Made by a program: the position numbers and the translations under genes
In this document: piece after piece, positions 23,705 through 32,000 of the stretch
Layout of the letters: each line of letters starts with the position of its first letter
Numbering within the stretch: position 1 is the first letter of the stretch
Notes under the pieces: generated by a model
Databases searched by the model: none
What the model saw: only the letters and a program-made list of their open reading frames with translations
Told to the model about the DNA's origin: nothing
Source of the DNA: Thermodesulfobacteriota bacterium
GTDB lineage: Bacteria > Desulfobacterota > WTBG01 > JAGOGO01
DNA length: 32,000 nucleotides
Direction: 5' to 3'
Assembly (NCBI GenBank): GCA_026625185.1
Contig: CP113000.1
Location: 1,845,622-1,877,621 of the forward strand

Positions 23705-24761
23705 GCAGCGCCAAGGTTTCCCGAGCGGCTTTTTCGGATTCGGGGAAATCGCCTTCTTTATATCCAAAATACTGAAAACACTCTTGCAAATGGAGTGGGA
23801 TGGGATAATAGATCTCAGTCCCAATCCCTGCCTGGGTAAGAAACTTCTGAAGCTCATCCCGCTTTTTAACCCGAATGACAAATTGATTATAGATATGAAA
23901 GTTGCCTTCCGCCACCTTTGGTAAACTAACGAACTCATTTAAACCGTTTTTCTGAAATCTCTCTCGATAATAATCCGCGTTTTTTCTCCTTTTCGCGGTC
24001 CATTGGTCAAGGTGTTTTATTTTAACCAGTAAGGCTGCGGCCTGAAGGGCATCAAGACGGCTATTTAAGCCGATAACCTTATGGTGGTATTTTGGTTTAC
24101 TGCCGTGCACTCTCAGTATTTCGACTTTTTCCGCCAGGGTTTCGTTATCGGTGGTGACCATGCCGCCATCGCCAAACCCTCCTAAATTTTTGGAGGGGAA
24201 AAAGGAAAAACAGCCAAACTCGCTCATGGAACCAGCTTTAAGTTCCTTATACCGTGCCCCAATAGCTTGAGCGGCATCTTCAATTATTGATAATCCATGT
24301 TCGCGCGCGATTGCTCGAATCGGTCCCATGTCCGCACACTGTCCATAGAGGTGGACAGGCATGATGGCTTTAATCTTTTCCTTAGCAGAGACTGTTTTAA
24401 GGGATGCACCTATCTTTTGGGGGGAAATATTGTAGGTTTCAGGGTCAATATCCACAAAGACCGGGAGAGCGCCGAGCCGGGCAATGGAACCGGCGGTCGC
24501 AAAAAAAGTATACGGAGTGGTGACCACCTTGTCTCCATAGCCGACATTGAGAGCCATAAGTGCAAGCAAAAGCGCATCAGAACCGGAGGCAACACCAACC
24601 GCGAATTTTGAACCCGAATACTTCGCTATTGCTTCTTCCAGTTTGACAACCTTTTCCCCTAAAATGAACAGTTGACTTTCCAAAACCTCATCAATAGCCG
24701 GTTTGATTTCATCACGGATGGTCGCATATTGAGCTTTTAAATCCAACAGAGGAATGTGCAT
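23631..24761 (-). CDS. DegT/DnrJ/EryC1/StrS-family PLP-dependent sugar aminotransferase
   Basis: 376 aa. The N-terminus is MHIPLLDLKAQYATIRDEIKPAIDEVLESQLFILGEKVVKLEEAIAKY...GVASGSDALLLAL, with FFPSKNLGGFGDGG containing the PLP lysine region. AAGGAGA lies upstream of the ATG. Confidence 0.9.
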   Translation of the reverse strand: MHIPLLDLKAQYATIRDEIKPAIDEVLESQLFILGEKVVKLEEAIAKYSGSKFAVGVASGSDALLLALMALNVGYGDKVVTTPYTFFATAGSIARLGALPVFVDIDPETYNISPQKIGASLKTVSAKEKIKAIMPVHLYGQCADMGPIRAIAREHGLSIIEDAAQAIGARYKELKAGSMSEFGCFSFFPSKNLGGFGDGGMVTTDNETLAEKVEILRVHGSKPKYHHKVIGLNSRLDALQAAALLVKIKHLDQWTAKRRKNADYYRERFQKNGLNEFVSLPKVAEGNFHIYNQFVIRVKKRDELQKFLTQAGIGTEIYYPIPLHLQECFQYFGYKEGDFPESEKAARETLALPIYPELTTEQQDYIVEKIKEFYFA

Positions 24762-24867
24762 AATGGTTCTCCTTACAACAGATTCAATTAATTCAATTAT
24801 TGGAGCACAAAATTGTTTATACTCCTATTTGACGTAATGCGCAGATGGATATGCTTCAATTTCACCC

Positions 24868-25371
24868 TCACCCTGACCATCTCCCTCGAGAGACTGTTTC
24901 GTAATACATGTTTTGGTAGCCCCAAGCTTTAGCTTGCGTTTCTCGGATATGTGATTTCAATATGTTACGCAGCCTAAAAGCTGCGACTATCCCCTGTTTT
25001 TGAATTGTAACCCAGTCTCGGCGGGGAGAGACATAATCTAGGCCTTTGGTCAGAAGGTAAAGCGCTAAGTATTTTTCAACCATCAGCTTTGAAATCCCGT
25101 TAGCACTGGTGGGATTTGTGGGATGGTCTTCGGCAATGGGGATTGCCTGAGGTACTACATAAACAGTGCCCCCGGAAGAAGAAATGGTAAAATCTCCCTC
25201 CGTCATTTGAAGGTCATCAATGATATGGTTAATATTTTTAGTATCAACCTTGACTTTGTCAAAAATTCTAATGACATGCCCGGATTCAAGCAACCCTTCG
25301 GCCACATGAGAACCCAGAAAACCACACCCCCCAAGAATGAGCACTTTCCCGAGATTTTTTTTTGGATTCAT
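24868..25371 (-). pseudogene. Decayed NAD-dependent epimerase/dehydratase (GalE-like) remnant
   Basis: The Rossmann start VLILGGCGFLGSHV is intact. After TEGDF the sequence jumps straight to ISSSGGTVYV, so roughly 60 aa of the usual middle are missing. The catalytic YxxxK reads SANGISK, with Tyr replaced by Asn. The C-terminus diverges and stops at 167 aa, against about 310 aa expected. A GDGQ-like motif appears only in another frame, near 24850-24880. Confidence 0.55.
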
Positions 25372-25542
25372 AGGTTAAATTTTATTTTATAGATTTTTTC
25401 TTGGCAATTATCCAAATTTATTAATTATTTTTCTATATCAGATAAAAAGCATTCTTGCAATACGGAAGCCACTATCAGTTCATTATCCTTTTTATTATTA
25501 GACGAAAAGATAAAGGGGGGGTATGGCAATAATAAAAAATTT

Positions 25543-25554
25543 ACCCCGTTAGAA
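25543..25554 (+). repeat. ACCCCGTTAGAA motif copy
   Basis: Exact 12-mer in the divergent intergenic region. It is followed by CCCCGTG (25557-25563), the inverted CACGGGG companion. Confidence 0.8.
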
Positions 25555-25689
25555 TGACCCCGTGCGGAAGCGAGGGGGAAAATTAAGTAGGCTTACGCTG
25601 TGTTATATGTAATAAACGCCTCGTGTGAAAGCTTTTTAAGGGGTTTGCTGGAAAGGAAAAAATTCAAGATGAGAGGGACAAAAAACTGC

Positions 25690-25717
25690 TTGACATTTAA
25701 AACAATTGTTTTATACT
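25690..25717 (+). promoter_or_regulatory. Putative sigma70 promoter of the TetR gene (and possibly the efflux operon)
   Basis: TTGACA (25690-25695), a 16-nt spacer, then TATACT (25712-25717). It lies about 28 nt upstream of the ATG at 25745. Confidence 0.5.
25698..25713. promoter_or_regulatory. Perfect 16-bp palindrome TAAAACAATTGTTTTA, candidate TetR operator
   Basis: It occupies the promoter spacer and overlaps the -10. An extra half-site TTGTTTTA lies at 25719-25726. Confidence 0.45.
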
Positions 25718-25744
25718 TTTGTTTTAAAAAATAGAGGCGCTACT

Positions 25745-26401
25745 ATGAAACAAAAAAATAAAGATGCCATAGTAAAAGAACGAATTCTTAATAATGCTGA
25801 AAGCCTTTTTGCACAAAAAGGCTTTCGCGGCGTCACCGTGCGGGAAATTATCAACGCTGCCAACTGTAATCTTTCTGCGGTGAATTATTATTTTGGCAAT
25901 AAAAAGAATCTCTACTTAGAGGTGTTCCGCGCACGGTTGATACCCCGGTCCCAAAGCATGTGTGAACGTTTTAAAAAATTTTTAGGTCAGCGGCAGCCAT
26001 CTGATTCACCGGCTGCAGTGGTTGAAGCCTTAGCCCAAGCCTTTCTGGAAGGGCCGTTATCGGATGATGAACGTCGGTGCCACTATCAACTTATGGTCAG
26101 AGAGATGAGTCAGCCCGGCGAGGCTTTTGATCTGGTATTCGAGCACGTGATGCAACCACTTTTGCAGGATTTATCCCGCCGGCTTCGTTTAGTTATTACT
26201 GAAGAGATTGAAGAGGAGCGCCTGATACTTAACATTGAAAGCATTCTCGGCATGATAATTCATTTTAATTATTTCCGGTCGGTAATTACTCGCTTCACAG
26301 GACATGCATACGATTCATCATTCAAGAAAAGGTTGATAGAACATATTATCGATTTTTCCCTTTATGGATTGGGTGTGGGCAAAAAGGAAGTGCTCACATG
26401 A
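25745..26401 (+). CDS. TetR/AcrR-family transcriptional regulator
   Basis: The sequence begins MKQKNKDAIVKERILNNAESLFAQKGFRGVTVREIINAANCNLSAVNYYFGNKKNLY, which is the HTH. I prefer the ATG at 25745 over the tracked TTG at 25706, which would fall inside the promoter. Confidence 0.85.
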   Translation: MKQKNKDAIVKERILNNAESLFAQKGFRGVTVREIINAANCNLSAVNYYFGNKKNLYLEVFRARLIPRSQSMCERFKKFLGQRQPSDSPAAVVEALAQAFLEGPLSDDERRCHYQLMVREMSQPGEAFDLVFEHVMQPLLQDLSRRLRLVITEEIEEERLILNIESILGMIIHFNYFRSVITRFTGHAYDSSFKKRLIEHIIDFSLYGLGVGKKEVLT

Positions 26402-26500
26402 AATTTGAAGTTATATATCGGGGTGTGTTCTTCATATTGAGGATAAAAAGATTAATAACTTAATGATGATTCGGTTAAAATATGGCTATGGAGATGTCTG

Positions 26501-27724
26501 ATGAAATTCATTAAAAATAGTAATGAACGAATTAAATCGATTGTCGTTTTGACATTTTTACTATGCGGTTTTTTGGTGGGTGTTTGTAGCTGCCGGCAGC
26601 AAGTTTCGCCACTGCCCCCTGTCCCGGAAGTGGCAACCGTGACCGTTCGGACGCAGCAGGTAGTGCTCACCACTGAATTGCCGGGCCGCACATCAGCCTA
26701 CCTGGTTGCGGAAGTCCGACCCCAGGTAAGCGGGATTATTCAGAAGCGCTTGTTTATTGAAGGGAGCGATGTTAAGGCCGGTGACCTGCTTTACCAGATC
26801 GATCCCGCTCTCTATCAGGCATCCTACGATAATGCCAAAGCAATGCTCGCAAGGGCTGAAGCTAATGTGTCTCCGGTCCGATTGCGGGCAGAGCGTTATA
26901 AGGAGCTGGTTGATGTCAAAGCGGTCAGCCAGCAAGACTATGATGATGCGGCCGCCGCCCTTAAACAGGCTCAGGCCGAGGTCGACGTTAACAAGGCGGC
27001 AGTAGAAGCAGCGCGCATTAATCTGGCCTATACCCGCATTACGGCGCCTATATCCGGTCGTATCGGTAAATCCAATATAACCGTTGGCGCTCTCGCGACC
27101 GCTCATCAGTCTTTAGCTCTTGCGACTATCCAGCAGCTTGATCCCATTTATGTAGACGCGACAAAATCAAGCGTCACTCTGCTGCGCCTTAAAGACAACA
27201 TGGCTGCCGGCCGGGTTAAAAATACGGATCCCGGACAGGCACGGGTGAATCTGCTTCTTGAGGACGGTACACCCTACGCACCGGAAGGTACCCTGAAGTT
27301 TTCCGATGTGACCGTTGATCCCAGCACCGGATCCATTATCCTTCGGATGGTTTTTCCAAACCAGGAGCATACTCTCCTGCCGGGCATGTTCGTGCGCGCG
27401 GTTGTTGAGGAGGGTGTCGCCCCAAACGCCATTCTTATCTCTCAGCAGGGGGTGAGCCGTACTCCAAAGGGAGAGCCCATCGCGCTGGTTGTGGACAAGG
27501 CCGACACAGTTCAGCAGAAGATGCTGAAGCTTGATCGCGCCATCGGCGATACGTGGTTGGTCTCATCGGGCCTTGCGGCAGGAGATCGGGTGATCGTTGA
27601 GGGAATTATGAATGTGCGACCGGGCGTCGTGGTGAAGGTTGTTTCCTTTGATAACCGGAAAAAGGAGGCGAAACCTGAAGTTTTGAACCAGCGGCGGGAA
27701 AATCGAACTAAGGGAGACCGGTAA
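26501..27724 (+). CDS. RND efflux periplasmic adaptor (membrane fusion protein, AcrA/MexA family)
   Basis: 407 aa with an N-terminal signal/lipoprotein-like segment ending ...LVGVCSC. The blocks RPQVSGIIQKRLFIEGSDVKAGDLLYQIDP, the coiled-coil region and AYTRITAPISGRIG are typical. GGAG lies upstream. The stop overlaps the pump start (TAATG). Confidence 0.9.
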   Translation: MKFIKNSNERIKSIVVLTFLLCGFLVGVCSCRQQVSPLPPVPEVATVTVRTQQVVLTTELPGRTSAYLVAEVRPQVSGIIQKRLFIEGSDVKAGDLLYQIDPALYQASYDNAKAMLARAEANVSPVRLRAERYKELVDVKAVSQQDYDDAAAALKQAQAEVDVNKAAVEAARINLAYTRITAPISGRIGKSNITVGALATAHQSLALATIQQLDPIYVDATKSSVTLLRLKDNMAAGRVKNTDPGQARVNLLLEDGTPYAPEGTLKFSDVTVDPSTGSIILRMVFPNQEHTLLPGMFVRAVVEEGVAPNAILISQQGVSRTPKGEPIALVVDKADTVQQKMLKLDRAIGDTWLVSSGLAAGDRVIVEGIMNVRPGVVVKVVSFDNRKKEAKPEVLNQRRENRTKGDR

Positions 27725-30700
27725 TGTTATCAAGGTTTTTTCTGGACCGCCCGGTGTTCGCCTGGGTCATCGCCATCATCATGATGCTGGCGGGAGGACT
27801 GGCGATCTACAATTTACCGATTTCCCAGTATCCGCCTATCGCACCCCCATCCATTGCCATTGACGCTTTTTATCCCGGCGCCTCCGCGGAAACGGTTGAA
27901 GACAGCGTGGTGCAGATCATCGAGCAGAAGATGACCGGATTTGACAAAATGTTATATATGTCCGCCAGCAGCGATGCCTCCGGCGCAGGGAGAATCGAGC
28001 TTACCTTTGCTCCAGGGACCGATCCTGACCTCGCCTGGGCCCAGGTTCAAAATAAGCTCCAGCTTGCTATGGCGAGTTTGCCCGACGTGGTGCAACGCCA
28101 GGGCGTCAAGGTCAGCAAATCCACCAGAAACTATCTCATCATTGTAGGCCTGACCTCGGAAAGTGGCAGTCTAGATGAATGGGACCTGGGGGACTACGCT
28201 CAATCCAGCATCCAGCAGGTGCTGGCGAGGGTTCCGGGCGTTGGTGAAGTGGAAGCCTTCAGCTCTCAGTATGCCATGAGGGTGTGGTTAAATCCGGATA
28301 GATTGACCGATTACCACCTTACCGTAGAAGATGTCATCACCGCGCTTCGTGCTTATAACGTGGAAATTTCCGCCGGTCAGTTCGGCGGGGCACCGGCAGT
28401 GAGAGGCCAGCGCCTGAACGCTTCCATCATCGTCCAAAATTTGCTCAAAACCCCGAAGGAGTTTGCCGCCATCCCGCTGCTCACCAATCCGGACGGCTCC
28501 ATCGTGCGAGTGCGGGATGTGGGACGGGTGGAGTTGGGCACCGAGCGTTACGAAAGCCACGTGCGGTATAATGGCCAACCTGCATGTGGTCTTGCCGTCC
28601 GGCAAGCACCCGGGGCGAATGCGCTGAAAACCGCCGACGCCGTTAAGGCGAAGATGAAGGAAATGTCCAGGTACTTTCCCCACGGCATGAAGGTCATTTA
28701 CCCTTATGACACTACGCCTTTCGTGAAGGTTGCCATCAACGAGGTGTTCAAGACCCTGTTCGAGGCCATTCTGTTGGTCTTCCTGGTGATGTATCTTTTT
28801 ATGGGAAACATCCGAGCCACCCTGGTCCCCACCATCGCAGTGCCGGTGGTGATTCTGGGAACCTTTGCCGTTCTTGGATTGTTCGGGTTTTCCATAAACA
28901 TGCTCACTATGTTTGCCATGGTGCTGGCCATCGGCCTTCTGGTAGACGACGCCATCGTGGTGGTGGAAAACGTGGAACGAATCATGAGCGATGAGGGGCT
29001 TTCGCCCAAAGAGGCCACCGCTAAGTCAATGGATCAGATCACCAGTGCTTTGATCGGAATCGGGCTGGTGCTTGCGGCGGTATTCGGCCCCATGGCGTTT
29101 TTCGGCGGCTCCACCGGCGTTATTTACCGTCAGTTTTCCGTGACCGTTATGACCGCCATGCTGCTCTCGGTGCTGGTGGCACTGGTTCTCTCTCCGGTTC
29201 TTTGCGCATCTTTTCTAAAACCGGTGTTAAAGGGACATGAGGCTGCTGAGAGCGGATTTTTTCTGTTACGGCCTTTTTTACTGTGGTTTGACCGGGTGTT
29301 TTTCCGGACCCGGGACAGGTACCAGGCCATTGTGGGGCACATTCTCGCGAAGAAGATCCGCTATCTGTGTATATACCTGGTGATTGTCGGGTCCTTGTGG
29401 GTCCTGTACCAGCGGATGCCCACCTCCTATCTTCCGGAGGAGGACCAGGGTATGATGTTCGGGCAGGTAATTCTGCCCGTGGGTTCGACCCTGGAACAGA
29501 CCGAGCAGATTATGGAGGAGTTCCGGAACTATTTTTTGGTGAATGAAAAAGAAACAGTGAAAACCTGCTTCACTATTGCCGGCAGAAGCTTTTCCGGCAC
29601 CGGACAGAATGTCGGGATGGCATTTATCCATCTCAAGGACTGGGAGTTGCGTAACCGCCCGGGCATGAAAATAAATGCTGTGCTGGAACGCGCCATGGTA
29701 AAGTTCGAAAAGATCAGAAATGCGCAAGTTTTCGCTTTTCCCCCGCCGGCAGTCATTGAGCTTGGGCGGGCAGGCGGGTTTGACTTTCAATTGCAGGACC
29801 GGGGCGGTATAGAGCATGAAGCATTGATGGCGGCCAGACAACAGATGCTCGACCTGGCCGCCAAAGACCCGAAGCTGGCCCGGGTCCGCCCCAACGGCCT
29901 CGATGATGTGCCGCAATTCCGGGTTGACGTGGATTGGGAAAAGGCGGGGGCTTTGGGAGTTCCCATCAGCTCCATTCACAACACCATCTCGGCGGCCTTC
30001 GGCAGCGCCTATGTCAATGACTTCATTCAGGGCGGACGGGTCAAGCGGGTCTACGTTCAAGCCGACGCATCCCACCGCATGCTGCCCGGCGACCTCGAGC
30101 GGCTCTACGTTCGCAATAACGCGGGAACGATGACCCCGTTTTCCTCTTTTGCCAGCGGCCACTGGTTCTACGGGGCGCCGTTGCTGCAGCGTTACAACGC
30201 CTTTCCATCGATTAACATTTGGGGCGAGCCGTCGCTAGGGAAGAGCTCAGGGGAAGCGATGCAGGCCATGGAGGAGATTGTCTCAACGTTGCCAAAGGGC
30301 ATCGGTTTTGACTGGACCGGAATTTCCTACCAGGAGCGGATGGCAAAGGCCCAGGCGGCTCCCCTTTACGCCTTTTCCGTGATCGTGATTTTTCTCTGCC
30401 TGGCTGCTCTTTATGAAAGCTGGACCGTTCCTATTTCAATCATGCTGGCATTGCCGCTGGGAGTCATTGGCGGCGTGCTGGCCACATCACTGCGGGGATT
30501 GCCCAATGATGTGTATTTCCAGATAGGACTCCTGACGGTTTTGGGACTGACCACCAAGAACGCGATTTTGATCGTTCAGTTCGCCATAGTCCGAGTTCAT
30601 GATGGAATGGGGTTGATCGAGGCTACCCTCGAAGGGGCAAAGTTGAGGTTTCGCCCGATTGTCATGACCTCGCTCGCGTTCGGCTTCGGCGTTCTTCCTT

Positions 30701-30903
30701 TGGCGCTGGCCACCGGAGCAGGCGCCGGAGCGCAAAAAGCAATCGGAACCGGCGTCCTGGGTGGGATGATTACCGCCACCTTCCTGGCGATTTTCTTCAT
30801 CCCCCTCTTTTATGTTGGGGTAGTTCACATTTTTGGAAAGAAGAAAGGGGCTCGAACGGAAGCTACCCCTCCCGAGACCGTGTATCCTTCGGAGGGTGAG
30901 TGA
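27724..30903 (+). CDS. RND multidrug efflux permease, HAE1 family (AcrB/MexB-like)
   Basis: 1059 aa. The N-terminus is MLSRFFLDRPVFAWVIAIIMMLAGGLAIYNLPISQYPPIAPPSIAI, with AIGLLVDDAIVVVENVERIM and a 12-TM architecture with two large periplasmic loops. Confidence 0.95.
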   Translation: MLSRFFLDRPVFAWVIAIIMMLAGGLAIYNLPISQYPPIAPPSIAIDAFYPGASAETVEDSVVQIIEQKMTGFDKMLYMSASSDASGAGRIELTFAPGTDPDLAWAQVQNKLQLAMASLPDVVQRQGVKVSKSTRNYLIIVGLTSESGSLDEWDLGDYAQSSIQQVLARVPGVGEVEAFSSQYAMRVWLNPDRLTDYHLTVEDVITALRAYNVEISAGQFGGAPAVRGQRLNASIIVQNLLKTPKEFAAIPLLTNPDGSIVRVRDVGRVELGTERYESHVRYNGQPACGLAVRQAPGANALKTADAVKAKMKEMSRYFPHGMKVIYPYDTTPFVKVAINEVFKTLFEAILLVFLVMYLFMGNIRATLVPTIAVPVVILGTFAVLGLFGFSINMLTMFAMVLAIGLLVDDAIVVVENVERIMSDEGLSPKEATAKSMDQITSALIGIGLVLAAVFGPMAFFGGSTGVIYRQFSVTVMTAMLLSVLVALVLSPVLCASFLKPVLKGHEAAESGFFLLRPFLLWFDRVFFRTRDRYQAIVGHILAKKIRYLCIYLVIVGSLWVLYQRMPTSYLPEEDQGMMFGQVILPVGSTLEQTEQIMEEFRNYFLVNEKETVKTCFTIAGRSFSGTGQNVGMAFIHLKDWELRNRPGMKINAVLERAMVKFEKIRNAQVFAFPPPAVIELGRAGGFDFQLQDRGGIEHEALMAARQQMLDLAAKDPKLARVRPNGLDDVPQFRVDVDWEKAGALGVPISSIHNTISAAFGSAYVNDFIQGGRVKRVYVQADASHRMLPGDLERLYVRNNAGTMTPFSSFASGHWFYGAPLLQRYNAFPSINIWGEPSLGKSSGEAMQAMEEIVSTLPKGIGFDWTGISYQERMAKAQAAPLYAFSVIVIFLCLAALYESWTVPISIMLALPLGVIGGVLATSLRGLPNDVYFQIGLLTVLGLTTKNAILIVQFAIVRVHDGMGLIEATLEGAKLRFRPIVMTSLAFGFGVLPLALATGAGAGAQKAIGTGVLGGMITATFLAIFFIPLFYVGVVHIFGKKKGARTEATPPETVYPSEGE

Positions 30904-30904
30904 C

Positions 30905-32000
30905 ATGATAAGGAAGTTGTTTTCACTTTTGGCAACGACCGTTCTTATTTCCGGTTGCACCTTGATTCCGAAATACACCCGGCCTGAAGCCCCGATTCCT
31001 GATGCCTGGCCGAGTGGCACAGCTTACAAAGAGAATTTCTCTACTTCTGAAGGTAAACTTCCGGAAGATATAAAATGGCAGGTTTTCTTTATTGATGAGC
31101 GGCTGAAAGAAGTAATCGGTATGGCATTAAAAAATAACCGTGACTTACGGGTTGCTGGCTTGAATATTGAAAAAGCGCGGGCGCTTTACCGTATTCAGCG
31201 GGCGGAACTTTTCCCTACCATAGATGCCGTTGGAAGTGTGTATAAAGAACGAATTCCTGCAAATATTACGGGTACCGGCCATACAATGACGGTGGAAGAA
31301 GACGGCCTAAACCTTGGTATCAGTTCATGGGAGCTTGATTTTTTCGGTCGCATCCGAAGCCTGAAAAAGAAGGCACTGGAAGAATACCTGGCTACCGAGC
31401 AGGCCCGCCGGAGTGCCCAGATCTCGCTGGTGACCGAAGTTGCCGGTGCCTATCTTACTCTGGCCGCGGATCGGGAAAGTTTGAAATTGACTGAGGCCAC
31501 TCTTGATGTTCAGCAAGCTTCGTACGATCTGGTCCGACTCCGTTATGAGGTGGGTCTTGTTTCGGAGCTTGACCTTCGGCAAGCGCAAACGCGGGTGGAT
31601 GCCGCCAAGGTGGATAAGGCGCTTTTCATTCGGCTGGCGGCGCAGGATGAAAACGCTCTCAACCTTTTGGTCGGCTCTTCTGTGCCGGCGGAGCTTTTGC
31701 CCGGCGACCTGGAAACAGTACAATCTACCAAGTATTTTTCTTCCGGCATATCCTCGGAGGTGCTCCTGAAACGTCCGGATATTCTTCAGGCTGAAAATTT
31801 GCTTAAGGCCGCCAATGCTAATATCGGAGCTGCGCGGGCAGCGTTATTTCCCCGCATTTCTTTGACTGCGGCGGCAGGAACCGCGAGCAACGATCTGTCG
31901 GGGCTTTTTAAGGCCGGTTCCGGTGCCTGGAGTTACGCGCCGCAAATAATTATGCCGATTTTTGATTCCCGTTTGTGGTGGGCGGTAAAAGCGGTAAAAG
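30905..32000 (+). CDS. RND efflux outer-membrane factor lipoprotein, NodT/OprM family (3' end beyond the window)
   Basis: Absent from the ORF track because it is open at the right edge. My translation from the ATG at 30905 is MIRKLFSLLATTVLISGCTLIPKYTRPEAPIPDAWPSG...NNRDLRVAGLNIEKARALYRIQRAELFPTIDA. It has the lipobox LISGC and starts 1 nt after the pump stop. Confidence 0.9.
   Translation, partial: MIRKLFSLLATTVLISGCTLIPKYTRPEAPIPDAWPSGTAYKENFSTSEGKLPEDIKWQVFFIDERLKEVIGMALKNNRDLRVAGLNIEKARALYRIQRAELFPTIDAVGSVYKERIPANITGTGHTMTVEEDGLNLGISSWELDFFGRIRSLKKKALEEYLATEQARRSAQISLVTEVAGAYLTLAADRESLKLTEATLDVQQASYDLVRLRYEVGLVSELDLRQAQTRVDAAKVDKALFIRLAAQDENALNLLVGSSVPAELLPGDLETVQSTKYFSSGISSEVLLKRPDILQAENLLKAANANIGAARAALFPRISLTAAAGTASNDLSGLFKAGSGAWSYAPQIIMPIFDSRLWWAVKAVK

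Noticed and set aside
25706-25744. The TTG start at 25706 for the TetR gene, as in the ORF track
   Set aside because: It would place the start codon inside the putative operator and -10 region. It adds MFYTFVLKNRGAT, which is not part of the TetR HTH fold. The ATG at 25745 gives the canonical N-terminus.
26693-31769. Many long antisense or alternative-frame ORFs within the efflux genes, for example 294 aa at 29278-30162, 177 aa at 30487-31020 and 132 aa at 31325-31723
   Set aside because: Stop-poor frames are an expected by-product of the higher GC content there. The plus-strand frames carry full-length, motif-rich AcrA/AcrB/OprM-type proteins.

Overview
The window is a bacterial chromosomal segment with about low-40s % GC, judged by eye from sampled lines. 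I cannot assign the organism. The gene content suggests a diderm, probably anaerobic lineage. The window has three parts.

(1) 1-20.4 kb. This is one tightly packed minus-strand operon of 21 genes, and many junctions overlap by 1-14 nt. It opens with a MarR regulator. The following genes encode, in order:
- an MMPL/RND-superfamily exporter
- a small PCP_red-like protein
- a ketopantoate-reductase-family reductase
- an internally duplicated Cys-rich TIGR04076-like protein
- a type II PKS-like KS-alpha / KS-beta (CLF-like, catalytically dead) pair
- a B12-binding radical SAM enzyme
- an ACP
- a PF04199-type cyclase and an SRPBCC cyclase/aromatase-like protein
- an MFS transporter, an SDR, a hypothetical protein and an amidohydrolase_2 enzyme
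- a nucleoside phosphorylase, an MTR-1-P-isomerase-family protein and a class II aldolase, a trio that resembles the DHAP shunt for 5'-deoxyadenosine/MTA salvage; the aldolase is fused to an SCP2 lipid-binding domain
- a LolA-like periplasmic protein, a DUF1302-like outer-membrane (OM) barrel and an acyl-CoA ligase

I read this as an uncharacterised biosynthetic gene cluster for an exported, probably cyclised or aromatic, polyketide-type lipid. It is the main candidate for a novel system in this window.

(2) 20.4-25.7 kb. This is a patchwork accessory region carrying several unrelated repeat families:
- the ACCCCGTTAGAA motif
- GAGCCTGTCGAA hairpins with a conserved loop and variable stems
- a 145-bp element with terminal inverted repeats (TIRs)
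- a 60-nt direct repeat flanking one gene
- GTAG-headed palindromes

Its genes are a flavodoxin-like NAD(P)H oxidoreductase, an orphan PD-(D/E)xK-fold protein, a RAYT-like HUH transposase, a DegT-type aminotransferase and a decayed epimerase remnant.

(3) 25.7-32 kb. This is a TetR-regulated tripartite RND efflux operon (adaptor, HAE1 pump and NodT/OprM-type lipoprotein). Its GC content is visibly higher than the rest of the window, which suggests horizontal acquisition.

All family assignments come from motif recognition in the translations. No searches were run.
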